A stretch of DNA of 64,000 nt from positions 11,577,832-11,641,831 of the forward strand of contig CAJINV010000001.1 of NCBI GenBank assembly GCA_905178155.1. Direction: 5' to 3'. Of this stretch, positions 1 to 10,396 are shown piece by piece. Position numbers and translations under genes: made by a program. Source of the DNA: Amoebophrya sp. A120. Its lineage: Eukaryota; Protista; Dinoflagellata. Below the pieces are notes generated by a model, which was not told where the DNA came from, searched no databases, and saw only the letters and a program-made list of their open reading frames with translations. Within the stretch, counting starts at the first letter, position 1. Every line of letters starts with the position of its first letter.

Positions 1-128
1 CCAGCAAGACGATTATCCCAATACTCCTGGAGTCCGAGGCGAGAGACCTCGCTCGTGGCTCCACGATGCCAGATGCGCCAGTCCTGCGCACTGGACAACT
101 TCTCAACCAGCTTTGCCTCTTGGCCCAT
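1..128 (-). CDS. copia-type Gag N-terminus (partial, runs off window)
   Basis: Hand translation gives MGQEAKLVEKLSSAQDWRIWHRGATSEVSRLGLQEYWDNRLA, matching the KL....(N/D)(Y/W)..W..........GL..Y pattern at copia Gag N-termini. Confidence 0.55.
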   Translation of the reverse strand, partial: MGQEAKLVEKLSSAQDWRIWHRGATSEVSRLGLQEYWDNRLA

Positions 129-713
129 TATTTCAATCACTTATCTGACTATAAGAGCCAGTTTGAGTCTCAAGGCGTAACGTAGTGTTAGTGGACTTGA
201 GAACACTCGCACACACTTACACACGTTTGCTCCACTGAGCACGTTAGCAACAGCTTTCCAATGAGTTCTCTCACTTGCAAGTAAGCAAGCAAGTGACGCA
301 AGTCTCTTGCTGCGTTACATCCTGTAGGTTCAATTCATCCAAATTCATCGCATTCATATGGACCAAACCTGGTCAGAGCCAAGTGGCAAAACAGCATGGG
401 AGTCCACTCCTCAACCTTGTCGGTTTGGTGCTCGACCCTGGCGGGAGTCAAGTCCCTCAGGGCGACCATTCTGAACGTCTGGACCGAGCTGAGTCCATTC
501 ATTTCACTACCATCCTGATGGCTTTGCCTTCGTAGTATTTGGGGGATTCGCGGAACATGGTGAAGAGTTTCCTTTAGGATCCAGATAGATTCTGACCATT
601 TCCCTAAGGATCTAGCTAGTTCAGGTCATTCAGAAACGTCATTTCATCTGGGAACAGGCGTCATTTGGGGCGATCGTGTTACGTGTGTGCGGGATCGATT
701 TCCATGACCAACA
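1..713 (-). mobile_element. 5' end of a probable Ty1/copia LTR retrotransposon (5' LTR ~713-164, possible PBS ~160-145, gag start at 128 running off the window)
   Basis: The minus strand begins TGTTGG at 713, where composition changes abruptly against the AT-rich flank. It continues ...GACTCA-AAC-TGGCTCTTATAG near 164-149 (CA end, then TGG), followed by an ATG at 128 opening a gag-like ORF. The second LTR and pol are not visible. Confidence 0.6.
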
Positions 714-2046
714 GTATATCAGGTGTATTAGTATTTATTTTGGTGTCAAAAATATGCAATCGAGAAGGATATTCTCATTCGCATCGACTACTCTAATTTT
801 GTGCGCGAGTACAACGAAAAGTTCAAAATAATGCGTGCGGTGGCGGCGCTGGCAAAAAAACGTTTCAAAGCAACTTCGTTCGATATGCAACTACACGACG
901 AGGAGCGTTGCTGATACAAAATGAAAAAAATACGAGTATTGCGTAGCGTGGGTCAAAAATTATCGCAACCAAGCCTGTGCAGGAGACAGGTCGAGGTCAC
1001 GTTGATAATGTACTTTAGTTAATGGTGTTTACCCACATTTAGGGTGGAGCCCTGATTGATCAAAAGGAAAGGAAGAGGTACACATTTTTTTCAAGGCCGG
1101 AGAATGAGACGATTACGAGTACGACGTTCAAAAGTGGGTCTGAGAGTGAGTTCTCAGAGTCTTCTGATGTGAACGATGTGTGTCTTCAGAGGAAGTATCT
1201 GCACGATGAGTTATTTCAGTAGAGTATTCGCACGGAAGAGACCGACACGCTTTTGGAGTTGACTGCTTTGTGCACCGAACAAGATTTGACTGCTTTATGC
1301 AGCGAGCGTTTACTTTCGCAGCATGCTGGCGCTGGGACAAACCGAAAATAAAAAGTTTATGGTGCGGTACGTGACAGAAAACACACGATTCCTGTGACTT
1401 CGACCTAGCATTTTCCTCCGAAACCGAATCAGCCGGCTGTTACTTTGCCGTTCTCTGACACGATAAAAAGGCTTTTTGTATTTTCTACATGCACATTAGC
1501 ACGGTGTTTTTAGCATTGACTGTGGTTCACCTCATTGAAAAGGCTTGTGACAAATTTCAAGTTGAATCAGGTGGGAGTAGCCTTCAACGGAATTCATATT
1601 TTCATGTGTTCATATTGTACAAGCAAGCAAAGTAGATGGGCAAGAAATTATTCTCTCCCTGATGCTGTGGTTTACAAGTGGGGAATCAATTGTACGACTC
1701 ACACAGTGACAACCGGATGAATACAAAAATTAGAGAAAGCAATACAAGGGGTGAAAAATGAAGCTGTAGCTAGGTGTGTAAGTGTATCAAGTTTGATTTG
1801 GAATATTAAGCTTCGTCATGACATGTCAAATGAAAGGGCATGACTCAACGAGAAAGGAAACAATGACGCAGAAAGCGGTGTATTGGGTATAAATCTGGCT
1901 CCAGGTCGGGTGTGAGTACATCCAGATCCAATACGACACCGAATCCTTATGATAAAATTTGAAAGTTTCTGTATGTAAGTATAAAATTGAGAGAATTTGT
2001 TTTTCGACGCAGCAACAAGGTGTGAGTTGCGGAACATACCTCGAAC

Positions 2047-4855
2047 TCATCGAGGCCCGCCAATGTCCAATTCTTTACCAGCGGTGACACGTAGTAGTAG
2101 CGACTCGATGGCGGCAAGGTCACGCCCTTGCTCCAGGGATGCTGCAGAAGCGTTAAAGCCGTATCTGAATTTCATTATTCGATTTGTTTTCTGTTTCTCG
2201 CGAACGCGAGTGCAGCTGGATTAGCAAGAAGAAGAAGAAGCAATCGCAATCCAAAAAAACAAGTCATGAGCCTTGATAACCATGACGCACGAGCGCAAGA
2301 TCAAGAAGAAAACACCAGCACTAATCATAAACTGAATACAGATCCATTGGCTTTCCCTGTGCATCTACTGGACAGACAGCGGTGGTCGGGGCGTCCCGTT
2401 GGGCGTAGTTCAGCTTTTGATCGCGCATGTGCCGCTTGTTTTTGACCAGTTCGAAAACAGTCTGGCGGTTGATGTTTACACGCCAGACGTCAGCCCGGCT
2501 TGTCAAGAGCAGATCCACCACCGCGAGATAGCCCCCCGTGGCGGCGAGCATCAACGGCGTTAATTTTGTCGTTTTCGCCTCCGCGTCGACGTCAGCACGG
2601 TGCTCCAGCAAGGACTTGCACACGGCCAGGTGATATCAAATGCAAAAATGTCTGGGTCTGGAAACTTGTGATGCTGGGTGACGTGTCATGATTAGGCCAC
2701 AAGTGCTGGCACAGCATGACAAGTTTCTGAGCTTCTAGGTGTTGCCTATTCTGCATGTCAAACACAAACTGCGTTTCTGCATGACAGAAAAATGGAGCGC
2801 TTGGGTAATGTGCATGACAAATTCAAGAGTCATGTGAGACAAGCATGACAAACTTGCATTCTTCCAGACCCAGACATTTTTGCATTCGATAGGTGACCTT
2901 CCCGCGCGGCGAGCAGCAAGGGCGTCCATCCCATCTGGTTCGGCCGGTTCACGTAGCCGGCGTATCCTGTGCAAAAGTATCGCACTCGTAGTAATTGCAT
3001 TTATGCATTACAAATCTCTTTTTCAAGGTACATCAGCATTACAAATTTAATTTGTAGTGCTGGGCTAATTTGTAATGCATTTATACGAGTACGATACTTT
3101 TGCAGTGCATACGGCGAGGCGACCACTTATTCTGGACTTTTTCCGCGGCGATATGTCAAACTCGTTTTCGTTCACGTGGCTCTGGTAGAAGAGCGCCGTG
3201 TGCTCGCGAAACGTGCCAATGTCGTAGTACGCGACCTTCTTTTCTTCTTCAACAGCTTTCTCTGCCTCTGTGCCCGTTGTACTATTTTTGCCAGGAGCTG
3301 CTGCTGGTTTGTTTCGGTCCACTGCACTACTTGCTCCTTCTGCCGTGGGTGGCAGAACGCCTGAATCCAGTCCATTCAAGGCCAGCTGCGCGGGCGGCTG
3401 CGGCTGCATTGCAGCTGCCATGCTTCTACTAGCGTCCAGTTGTGCAGTTGGGGTCGGCACACCTGCACCTATGGGCGGCGGCGCGACACCGAACGGAGGC
3501 ATGGTTATAGCGGGATTCAAAACATTTCCCGGAGTCGCGACGCCAGTGCCGAAGCTCGCGTTCGCGAAAAACGGATTGGCGCTCTCTGAGGTTTGTTGCG
3601 TAGGCGGCAACTGAGGTTCCTGCGCCGTCGTCTCGCCGAATGTAACGCGCTTCGGTGGCTGCGTCGTACCTTGATCAGCACCGACGCCGGCCGCGTCAGT
3701 CGCTCCCGCAGTGGTCCTCCTCGCTGACAGAATACCGGCCTGCGACCCGCCGGAGGCTGGTTGTATGAAAGCTACCCCCGGTATCTGCAATTTCGAACTA
3801 GATGCACCTCCTCCGGAGGCAGCTCGATCCCCGGATGTGCTTGCTTCCACGCCGCCGGCGCCACCGCTCGCGGCCGGAGGAGCTATCAGGGCGCGGGCCA
3901 GCGACGCACGGCGCTTCTCGGCGTGCTCCTGGTCGAATGCTCCGTCGAAGTCGCTCATGCGGTTTTCATTCAACCGCAGTTCCACTCGCTCGAGGACCTC
4001 GTCTTCCGCCGCCGAGGCCGAACCTTCCGTCTTCGCGGCGAAATTGCCGAGGCAGAACTCCACAACGGTAACCCAACCGCGACGACTGGCAAGCGCGAGA
4101 ATCGACGTGCCGTATTCGTCCTGCAGAAAGTCGGACAACTGCGCAAAGTGCGCCGCGCTCTCCTGAATGCTGCGCTGCGCTTGCGGGTGAGTCTGCTGTC
4201 TTTCGGCTTCGAACACCAAACTCCGAAGCGAATCCAATACGTCCCGCTCCTCCTGCTCCCCAAACTTAGCGGTGGAGAGTAAGACCGCGAGTGCGCGCAA
4301 GGCCTCGACCGGGAACGGAAGCAGCGGCGGCAGCCGAAGGACACGCGCGATGACTTCGCGTTCATGAAGGAGCAAGGGTGAAGATGCATCTACTTGTACT
4401 TCCGATGGCGACGAAGCCTGTGCGTTTTTCTCCGGCCTACCTGTTCCTTCTTCCTCGCCCTGAAGGCGGACTCCTTTGCAAAACAACTCCGCATCGATCC
4501 CGTACCGAGCGGCAAGCTCGGCGAGTTTCGCCTCGGACACCCGCCCGAATTCATCCGAAAGCTCCTGTACATGCTGCACTAGCAACCCACCACTTTTCAG
4601 CTCCGCGTCCGGGAGAGTCGCCAGCGCCCGGGCCCGCTTCTGTCCCGGACTTTCGGGCCGGGGCGGGGCGGAGACTAGGTGCGCGGCATCATTTCCGTCC
4701 CCGGACGGAGCGCCAGTGGGATTGGTGACGTCACTGCGCTGCGCCGCCGGATCCTCGCTGGAGAGAAATGGCAGAGCAGCTGCAGACTCCTGTGGCTGTG
4801 GCGTTGCCGCGACGACCTCTTGGCCGGCGATGCTGGTACTCATGCTCCGCCGCAC
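2047..4855 (-). CDS. ankyrin-repeat protein, multi-exon (exons ~4855+ to 3112, 2957-2892, 2628-2340, 2164-2047; true start probably further upstream)
   Basis: Ankyrin motifs DEYGTSILALASRRGWVTVVEFCL, NQMGWTPLLLAAREGHLAVCKSLLEHRADVD and LTPLMLAATGGYLAVVDLLLTSRADV. The frame is restored by removing two TIR inserts and one GT-AG intron (2339-2165). Confidence 0.8.
2634..2891. mobile_element. MITE-like introner, family A (258 bp, 30-bp TIRs, 5-bp TSD GGTGA)
   Basis: 2634-2663 TATCAAATGCAAAAATGTCTGGGTCTGGAA vs reverse complement of 2862-2891 TATCGAATGCAAAAATGTCTGGGTCTGGAA (1 mismatch). GGTGA occurs at 2629-2633 and 2892-2896. The element interrupts an ankyrin repeat at G-H-L. Confidence 0.9.
2963..3111. 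mobile_element. MITE-like introner, family B copy 1 (149 bp, TIRs, 5-bp TSD CGGCG)
   Basis: TATCCTGTGCAAAAGTATCGCACTCGTA ... TACGAGTACGATACTTTTGCAGTGCATA, with CGGCG at 2958-2962 and 3112-3116. Homologous to 14739-14890. Confidence 0.9.
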
Positions 4856-5624
4856 GACGGATTGCGGTCTCCATAGAAGAAGCTTTTGTAGTTCGCTGCC
4901 GAAGTTGTATATTACCAGATCATGCTAGTAGCCTAGGTAACCTAAGTACTCTTTGGAAACGATTTATCAGAGTAAGTAATTTCCTATCAGCATGCCGAAG
5001 GCCAAAGGCGCGCACTTATCTGAGTGCCACTACACTACGGATAACATCACGAAGACTCGAACTACCATCCGCTGCGACGTCGATGTCGATCATGTCAGAT
5101 ACCGATGGTAAAGATTTCGACGCAGGTACCTTTTCACGCTCCATAGTCATATTATCTCACTTAGCAACTCGGCAATCTTGTTCCATCTGGAACTTACGGA
5201 TACGACGCTGATAGATGTGCTCCAGTCTCTCACATGATGATACGACCTTGCAAAACTACTTAACATCGACTTACGAAAGTACTTAACTCAAGCTTGTCGG
5301 GCAATACTGCATCAACGGGTCAACTTGTGCTTCTGCTTGTCCAGCGAACAGCAATTTTTCGCTTAAGGTTAGCTATGGCACCTCTTGTTAATAAAGCCTC
5401 CATTGATATACTTGTCTTCTTCATTAGAGCGAGTTGTATTTCGATCGCTGTTGCTAGTGATGAAGTTCACGCACACCAGTGCGCAGATTGGTCGTCAGAA
5501 TCAAGAGGGTAGACACGCTGGGCACAGGCTACGGGGTACGCCCTGTGTGAGTCAATAAAGGGAAGGACCGACTTTATTTGCCACGTCGAGCAGAAGGCAT
5601 ATGCTTTCGTTATCGTTCTTTCGT

Positions 5625-8600
5625 CTAAGTCACAATCATGTGATCGCGCGAGGACGAATGCGGATTGATAGCGTTCTCTTCCTCTCCGCGGAGCACACCA
5701 GATGCGGCGGTCGACAGCGTTTCCGCTGCAGTCTGCAGGGTGCTGCTCATCCACTCGCCGGCCGATATGGCAGCGGACTCGACGTACTCGACCACCTGCG
5801 AGACGCGCCGCACGTAGACGATGAAGGAGGCGAACTCCGCGAACGCGGCGTCCCGCGAGCGTGGCCCGATCTCCACGTGGCCCTCGTCGGCCCATTTGGT
5901 TCCCCAGGAGTTCTGCAGAATCCAGTAGGTTTCGCCCGAGAAGCGACAGAAGTTCAGCTCGTTGCACTTTTCCTCGTTTTTGCCCAGATCCAGGCACCGC
6001 TGCTCCGTTTCCGCGGGAACGTGCAAGCGGGCCCGGCACTTGGTCTCCCCCTTCTCGCCCCAGCCCACGAGCAACACGGCGTGCTCCACGCGCTGCCACG
6101 AGAAGTGCTTCGGATCGTCGACCTCGTCCGGGCGTTCCCGCGCGAGGGACAACGTTTCGCGGTCCTGTAATATTCGCACCTCCTTCGTGTCGTCCACAAA
6201 ATGCATGTCGACGGCGAGAGAGATCGGTCCGTTCTGGAACAGCTCCCGCATCATCAATTCCTCGCAGATGTGGCTGAGGCCGCAGGCGCCGATTGCGCCG
6301 GCGGTGTACTGAAACTCGGTCACCTGGAACTGGTGTTTGCAGAAGGGGTGCGTCTGCTGCTTCTCGAGCCGCAGCTTGTCGTCCCCGATCTCGCGCAGAA
6401 TGGACCAGCACAGGTCCGTGACGCCTGGGAACTCGGTCAGCCACAACCCCTCCAGCATCGGGTCGCCACCCCCGCAACCTTGGTTGTAGTCTACCGCCTC
6501 AATCTGCTGGGCCATCGAAAATCGCTGGTACTGCTTTTTTGTCGTGCTAGTGCTCGCACCGTGCAGCTCGTCACCCGCCGACCCGCCATCAAAATTATCT
6601 GCGCCGTTGCTCCCGGTCGTCATTGCAAGCGCATCGTGCATCAATTTGGGGTGCTTCGGCCCGCGTGCGGACTCCTGGCCCACCTTCATGCGCTCCTCGA
6701 TGTCCTGGACGATCTTTTTCTCCATCTCCGTCTCGATCACGAAGTCCCTTTTCGTCTCGGGGTGCTTGATCCAGAAGCGGCTCGTGGCCATGCCGGTCAG
6801 GCCCGCGGCGAAGCAGCTGCCGCAGTTGCCCTGGTCGATTACATCGGGCACGAAGCCGCGGACCTCCTCACCACTCTCTCGGAGTTTTTTTCCAACGAAC
6901 CTCCAGTCGAAAAACTTCAGCGTCCTCCACATGTCCTTCTGTAGGGGAAGTTTGCTCCACCTCTTTTCCTCCTCGTGTGGCTGTACCCCCCTTCGATGGG
7001 ACCTCCGCGGCGCTTGTCCTCCTACTTCGCGCTTGTAGTTTTGGAGATCCCTGCGTAGCTCCGCTTCGTCTTGGGGCGTCTTCCCGGCGATAGCGCCGAC
7101 GCGGGCGGCTTCGTCGGCGTCCAACACGTACAGGTAGAAGTCGTCGGGACTTGCGGTCGCGGGCATGGAGCAGTCTACGGGTTCCGGGTACTCCTGGAGC
7201 ATGTCGGCCACACTCAGATCGTACATGTGCATGCCGTTCCGCTCGGCGTACTCGGCCAGCTCAATCTTGCGCTGCATCCGCCGCTTCTCCTGTTTGTCGT
7301 TGACGTCATGGTACCCCGATAGATACTTGCGCTTCAGGTTTTCCGCCCGCCCGTCAATCGTGGTCCGAGTAATCGACCGCGAGGATGCAGTTGCGCGGTC
7401 TTGTTGCTGCTTATTTTTCATTCGGCTGGACTCATACAGGGTTGCTTCCGAAGCGGAAGACAGATGGGTCGACGTCGGTCCCCGCTTGATTCTTTGTCGT
7501 CCTCTCGCTGCTTTATTGCCTGCCCCCGCGCTAGTGCTGAGCAACGAATTCAACGCGCCGCCGGTGGCGCAGAGCCAGACGAGGTTGTACAGCAGATAGA
7601 GGAGTACCAACAAACAAATCGTGAGCACTGCTTTCGCCAAAACCCGTTGCCACATGGGTCTCTGTCCTTTCGTGACCGTGACAGTGTGCTTGTTCACAAC
7701 TGCTCCTTCCGCAGCGCTATGCTCATCGTCGTGAAGATCCTGTTCCCGACCGCGGGCGAAGTCGTCCTCGTCCTCCGCGACCGCATCGAGTTCGCGCGCA
7801 AACCGACGGGCGCGGGCCATGCTGCTCGAGAACCGCTCCTCTTCGGACGTAGACGACGTGGATCCCACGCTGGCCGAGCGGTCACGCACCGCGGGCGACA
7901 ACGGTTTTATCTTGGCCTTCCGGCCCGGGCAGGCGCAGGAGACCAGCCACTTAGCGAGACGACCGAAAAGCCCTTCCTCGCTCTGCAGAAAGACCAAGGC
8001 GAGAACCACAAGGATGACGCAGACCGCGGCGACGGCAGTGCCGAGCATGACCTGCAGCACGCGTCCGACGGTCCAAAACGAGCCGGTCTCCGCACCGGCC
8101 GACGCCGCCGCGGCGCCGGAGCTCATACGGTCCTCCGCGATGCGCTCTAAATGTGCGTGGTCCAGCGCATCTCGCAAGTTGTTTCCGGCACTTGCACGGG
8201 AGGAAGAGGAGGTTGCTTGTGCTGACGTTGACGTTGTCACCAACTCCCCGACGGCCACGCCAAATCCTCCGTCCCCGATGGTCGCTTTCCCGCCTTTCCC
8301 CTGGTGGATTTCGTGCTCGCCGAAGCAAAACCGCTTGCGCTGGTCCGCGCGCTGCAGCGCCTGGTCCCGACCGCTGCGGAACAGGTCGTCGTTCTCGATT
8401 GCGCTGCATTTGGGACTGCTCAACTCCGCCCAGGTGTACTGCAGCACGCCGTAGTAGCAGAGCTCGTTCTCGATCAAGTTGTGTTTGTCACTCGCCGGGT
8501 CCTCGCGTTTCCGCTTGTAGCTGCCGACCACCGTCCGGTGGCAGTCTGCGTACTCGTGCATCACGTGGAAGTCTTCCTCGTCGACTTTTTTTCCGATCGG

Positions 8601-9431
8601 GACCGTAAACTTGTTCGGCGCCCACATGTCGTGCCGCGTGATGGTCGTCGAGGAGGATTTTTCGTCCTCCTCGTCGAACGCAAACTTCAACAGGGGCCCC
8701 ATGTCGTACACCATGGTGTACGACCCGCGCACGCCGGGAGAAAGGTCCTCCGGAAGGTGTAGTCCCTGGAGCATGTCGCTGCTCTGATTTTGCTCGGCTA
8801 TAATTTTCGAAGATTTTTGCCTGTCGTGGTCCGTTCTTCTCTCGAAGTCCCGGCGCTCCAGAATTTCCACCTCTGGATCCTCATAGCTGTTGCCCTCTTT
8901 CAGCAGCATGGTCAGCTCGGCGACGGGCTGAAATCGGTCGGTCAGGAAGTATTTTCCTTTCTCTTTCGCCGTCGCTTTCGCGGGCGGTGTGAGCTGCTGC
9001 CACCCGTCTCCCTTGCCCGGAATCGTAAGTCCGCAGCGCCGGTCGAAGTTCGTGCCATCGAATCCCGCCTCAGGTTGGAGGCGCCCGAAGGTAAACTTCC
9101 AGACGCCGGGAATCTCACCGAAGTCACAATGCACCGGAAGGTCGGCCCTCGCCAATTTTGTCAAACGGCAAAAGTGCAAATAAGCGAGAAACAGTGCGCA
9201 GGCTGTTCTTGACCTCTTCGATTTTCTTCCGCGTTGCATTGTCCTCCGTGATTCTTGCATGCTCCGTATCCTTCCTCGTAAGCGGCGGCGTGTTTCCGGA
9301 ATCTCGGGCGACCCTGGTGGCGTAGAAGGTTCCCTGCTGTCTTTCTGCGAATGTGCCAGAAACTCAAATGAGCAGCATGATGCGCCGCTCGCCTTGCACG
9401 GCAACGCAATGCTGGTCCCCGAGGCCGCCAT
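5625..9431 (-). CDS. cathepsin C / dipeptidyl aminopeptidase (DPAP)-like papain-family (C1A) cysteine protease, single exon
   Basis: Exclusion-domain start DLPVHC..GVWKF follows a hydrophobic stretch. Catalytic motifs are DQGNCGSCF, NQGCGGG, EHAVLLVGWG and YWILQNSWGTKW. Confidence 0.9.
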   Translation of the reverse strand: MAASGTSIALPCKASGASCCSFEFLAHSQKDSREPSTPPGSPEIPETRRRLRGRIRSMQESRRTMQRGRKSKRSRTACALFLAYLHFCRLTKLARADLPVHCDFGEIPGVWKFTFGRLQPEAGFDGTNFDRRCGLTIPGKGDGWQQLTPPAKATAKEKGKYFLTDRFQPVAELTMLLKEGNSYEDPEVEILERRDFERRTDHDRQKSSKIIAEQNQSSDMLQGLHLPEDLSPGVRGSYTMVYDMGPLLKFAFDEEDEKSSSTTITRHDMWAPNKFTVPIGKKVDEEDFHVMHEYADCHRTVVGSYKRKREDPASDKHNLIENELCYYGVLQYTWAELSSPKCSAIENDDLFRSGRDQALQRADQRKRFCFGEHEIHQGKGGKATIGDGGFGVAVGELVTTSTSAQATSSSSRASAGNNLRDALDHAHLERIAEDRMSSGAAAASAGAETGSFWTVGRVLQVMLGTAVAAVCVILVVLALVFLQSEEGLFGRLAKWLVSCACPGRKAKIKPLSPAVRDRSASVGSTSSTSEEERFSSSMARARRFARELDAVAEDEDDFARGREQDLHDDEHSAAEGAVVNKHTVTVTKGQRPMWQRVLAKAVLTICLLVLLYLLYNLVWLCATGGALNSLLSTSAGAGNKAARGRQRIKRGPTSTHLSSASEATLYESSRMKNKQQQDRATASSRSITRTTIDGRAENLKRKYLSGYHDVNDKQEKRRMQRKIELAEYAERNGMHMYDLSVADMLQEYPEPVDCSMPATASPDDFYLYVLDADEAARVGAIAGKTPQDEAELRRDLQNYKREVGGQAPRRSHRRGVQPHEEEKRWSKLPLQKDMWRTLKFFDWRFVGKKLRESGEEVRGFVPDVIDQGNCGSCFAAGLTGMATSRFWIKHPETKRDFVIETEMEKKIVQDIEERMKVGQESARGPKHPKLMHDALAMTTGSNGADNFDGGSAGDELHGASTSTTKKQYQRFSMAQQIEAVDYNQGCGGGDPMLEGLWLTEFPGVTDLCWSILREIGDDKLRLEKQQTHPFCKHQFQVTEFQYTAGAIGACGLSHICEELMMRELFQNGPISLAVDMHFVDDTKEVRILQDRETLSLARERPDEVDDPKHFSWQRVEHAVLLVGWGEKGETKCRARLHVPAETEQRCLDLGKNEEKCNELNFCRFSGETYWILQNSWGTKWADEGHVEIGPRSRDAAFAEFASFIVYVRRVSQVVEYVESAAISAGEWMSSTLQTAAETLSTAASGVLRGEEENAINPHSSSRDHMIVT

Positions 9432-10396
9432 GGCTTATGTTGGCAAGCGGTAATGAGTACCGTCGCTAGGCTTCAGCAGGAGCGCATACTCTCACCTGCA
9501 AGGTGCTGTAAGCGCAAGAAGGCAACTCATCCTGGAGCACTAATTGACGAGGTCGATGTGCTGACGCTGAGGCTGTAGTGTCTATATCTATGCTTCCTAG
9601 GGAATGGGCCCCGCTTCTGCAAAATTGACAACTGCGACAAATAAACATTCGAGCTAACTAGAACTACAGTCGTGTACTTACAAGTCGCTGGGGCACCGTA
9701 ACGGAGTACGTGATCGTGCTAGTGCAGAGCAGAAAAATGAGGAGTACAGCCCCGCCACGAAAAAACAAGAACAACAATTGGCGTATAGAATTAGAAGTGA
9801 CAGGGCTAGTTTAGGCGCTTGATGCACTCTGATTCGAACCTGTTAGGATCAACCTGAGAAAGTAGTCAAGTATGCAGCAACATTGATGTTGATCGGCTTT
9901 CGGGAGTGCAAAACCATTTCCCTCTGTTGACACAGAAAAATAATGCACCCTATCAGCATGAGAAGATTAAAACAACAAGATCATTCTCGTTTTCATCATT
10001 TCGAACAAGAAGCTTGTTGCTTGTGAAATGTCTATTTTGCTACCATGTCATCTCTTTTGCTATCGCTTGCTTGTGATTTCCGGTTAGTACAGATTCGCAG
10101 ACGATGTCTCTCTGCGTCGCAGAAAATCACACTCAGTGTGTACACATCCATGAGTCTCATCAGAATCCGAATCATACAGCACATAGTACTTGATGCAATT
10201 ACAAGCTCACATGCTCGTGCACACGATACACCAAGACTCAACAAAATGAAAAAGCTTGCAGAAATGAAAAGTAAGCGGCGCTTGAAAAAAACGCAGAAAA
10301 TCAGGCTTCCAGAAATTGACTGCAAGAAGCGGGTCCCTCTCCCACTCAAAAAGAACCAGATGTACTTACATGCAGAAGTCATCAGCATGCTTTTTT

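Noticed and set aside
714-2040. Short ORFs or an RNA gene between the LTR and the ankyrin gene
   Set aside because: No tRNA, rRNA or snRNA pattern or coherent reading frame is recognisable by eye.
2165-2339. Direct-repeat-bounded (CTGAAT) non-canonical intron
   Set aside because: There is no inverted repeat, and a canonical GT-AG intron gives a plausible in-frame C-terminus ending at 2047.
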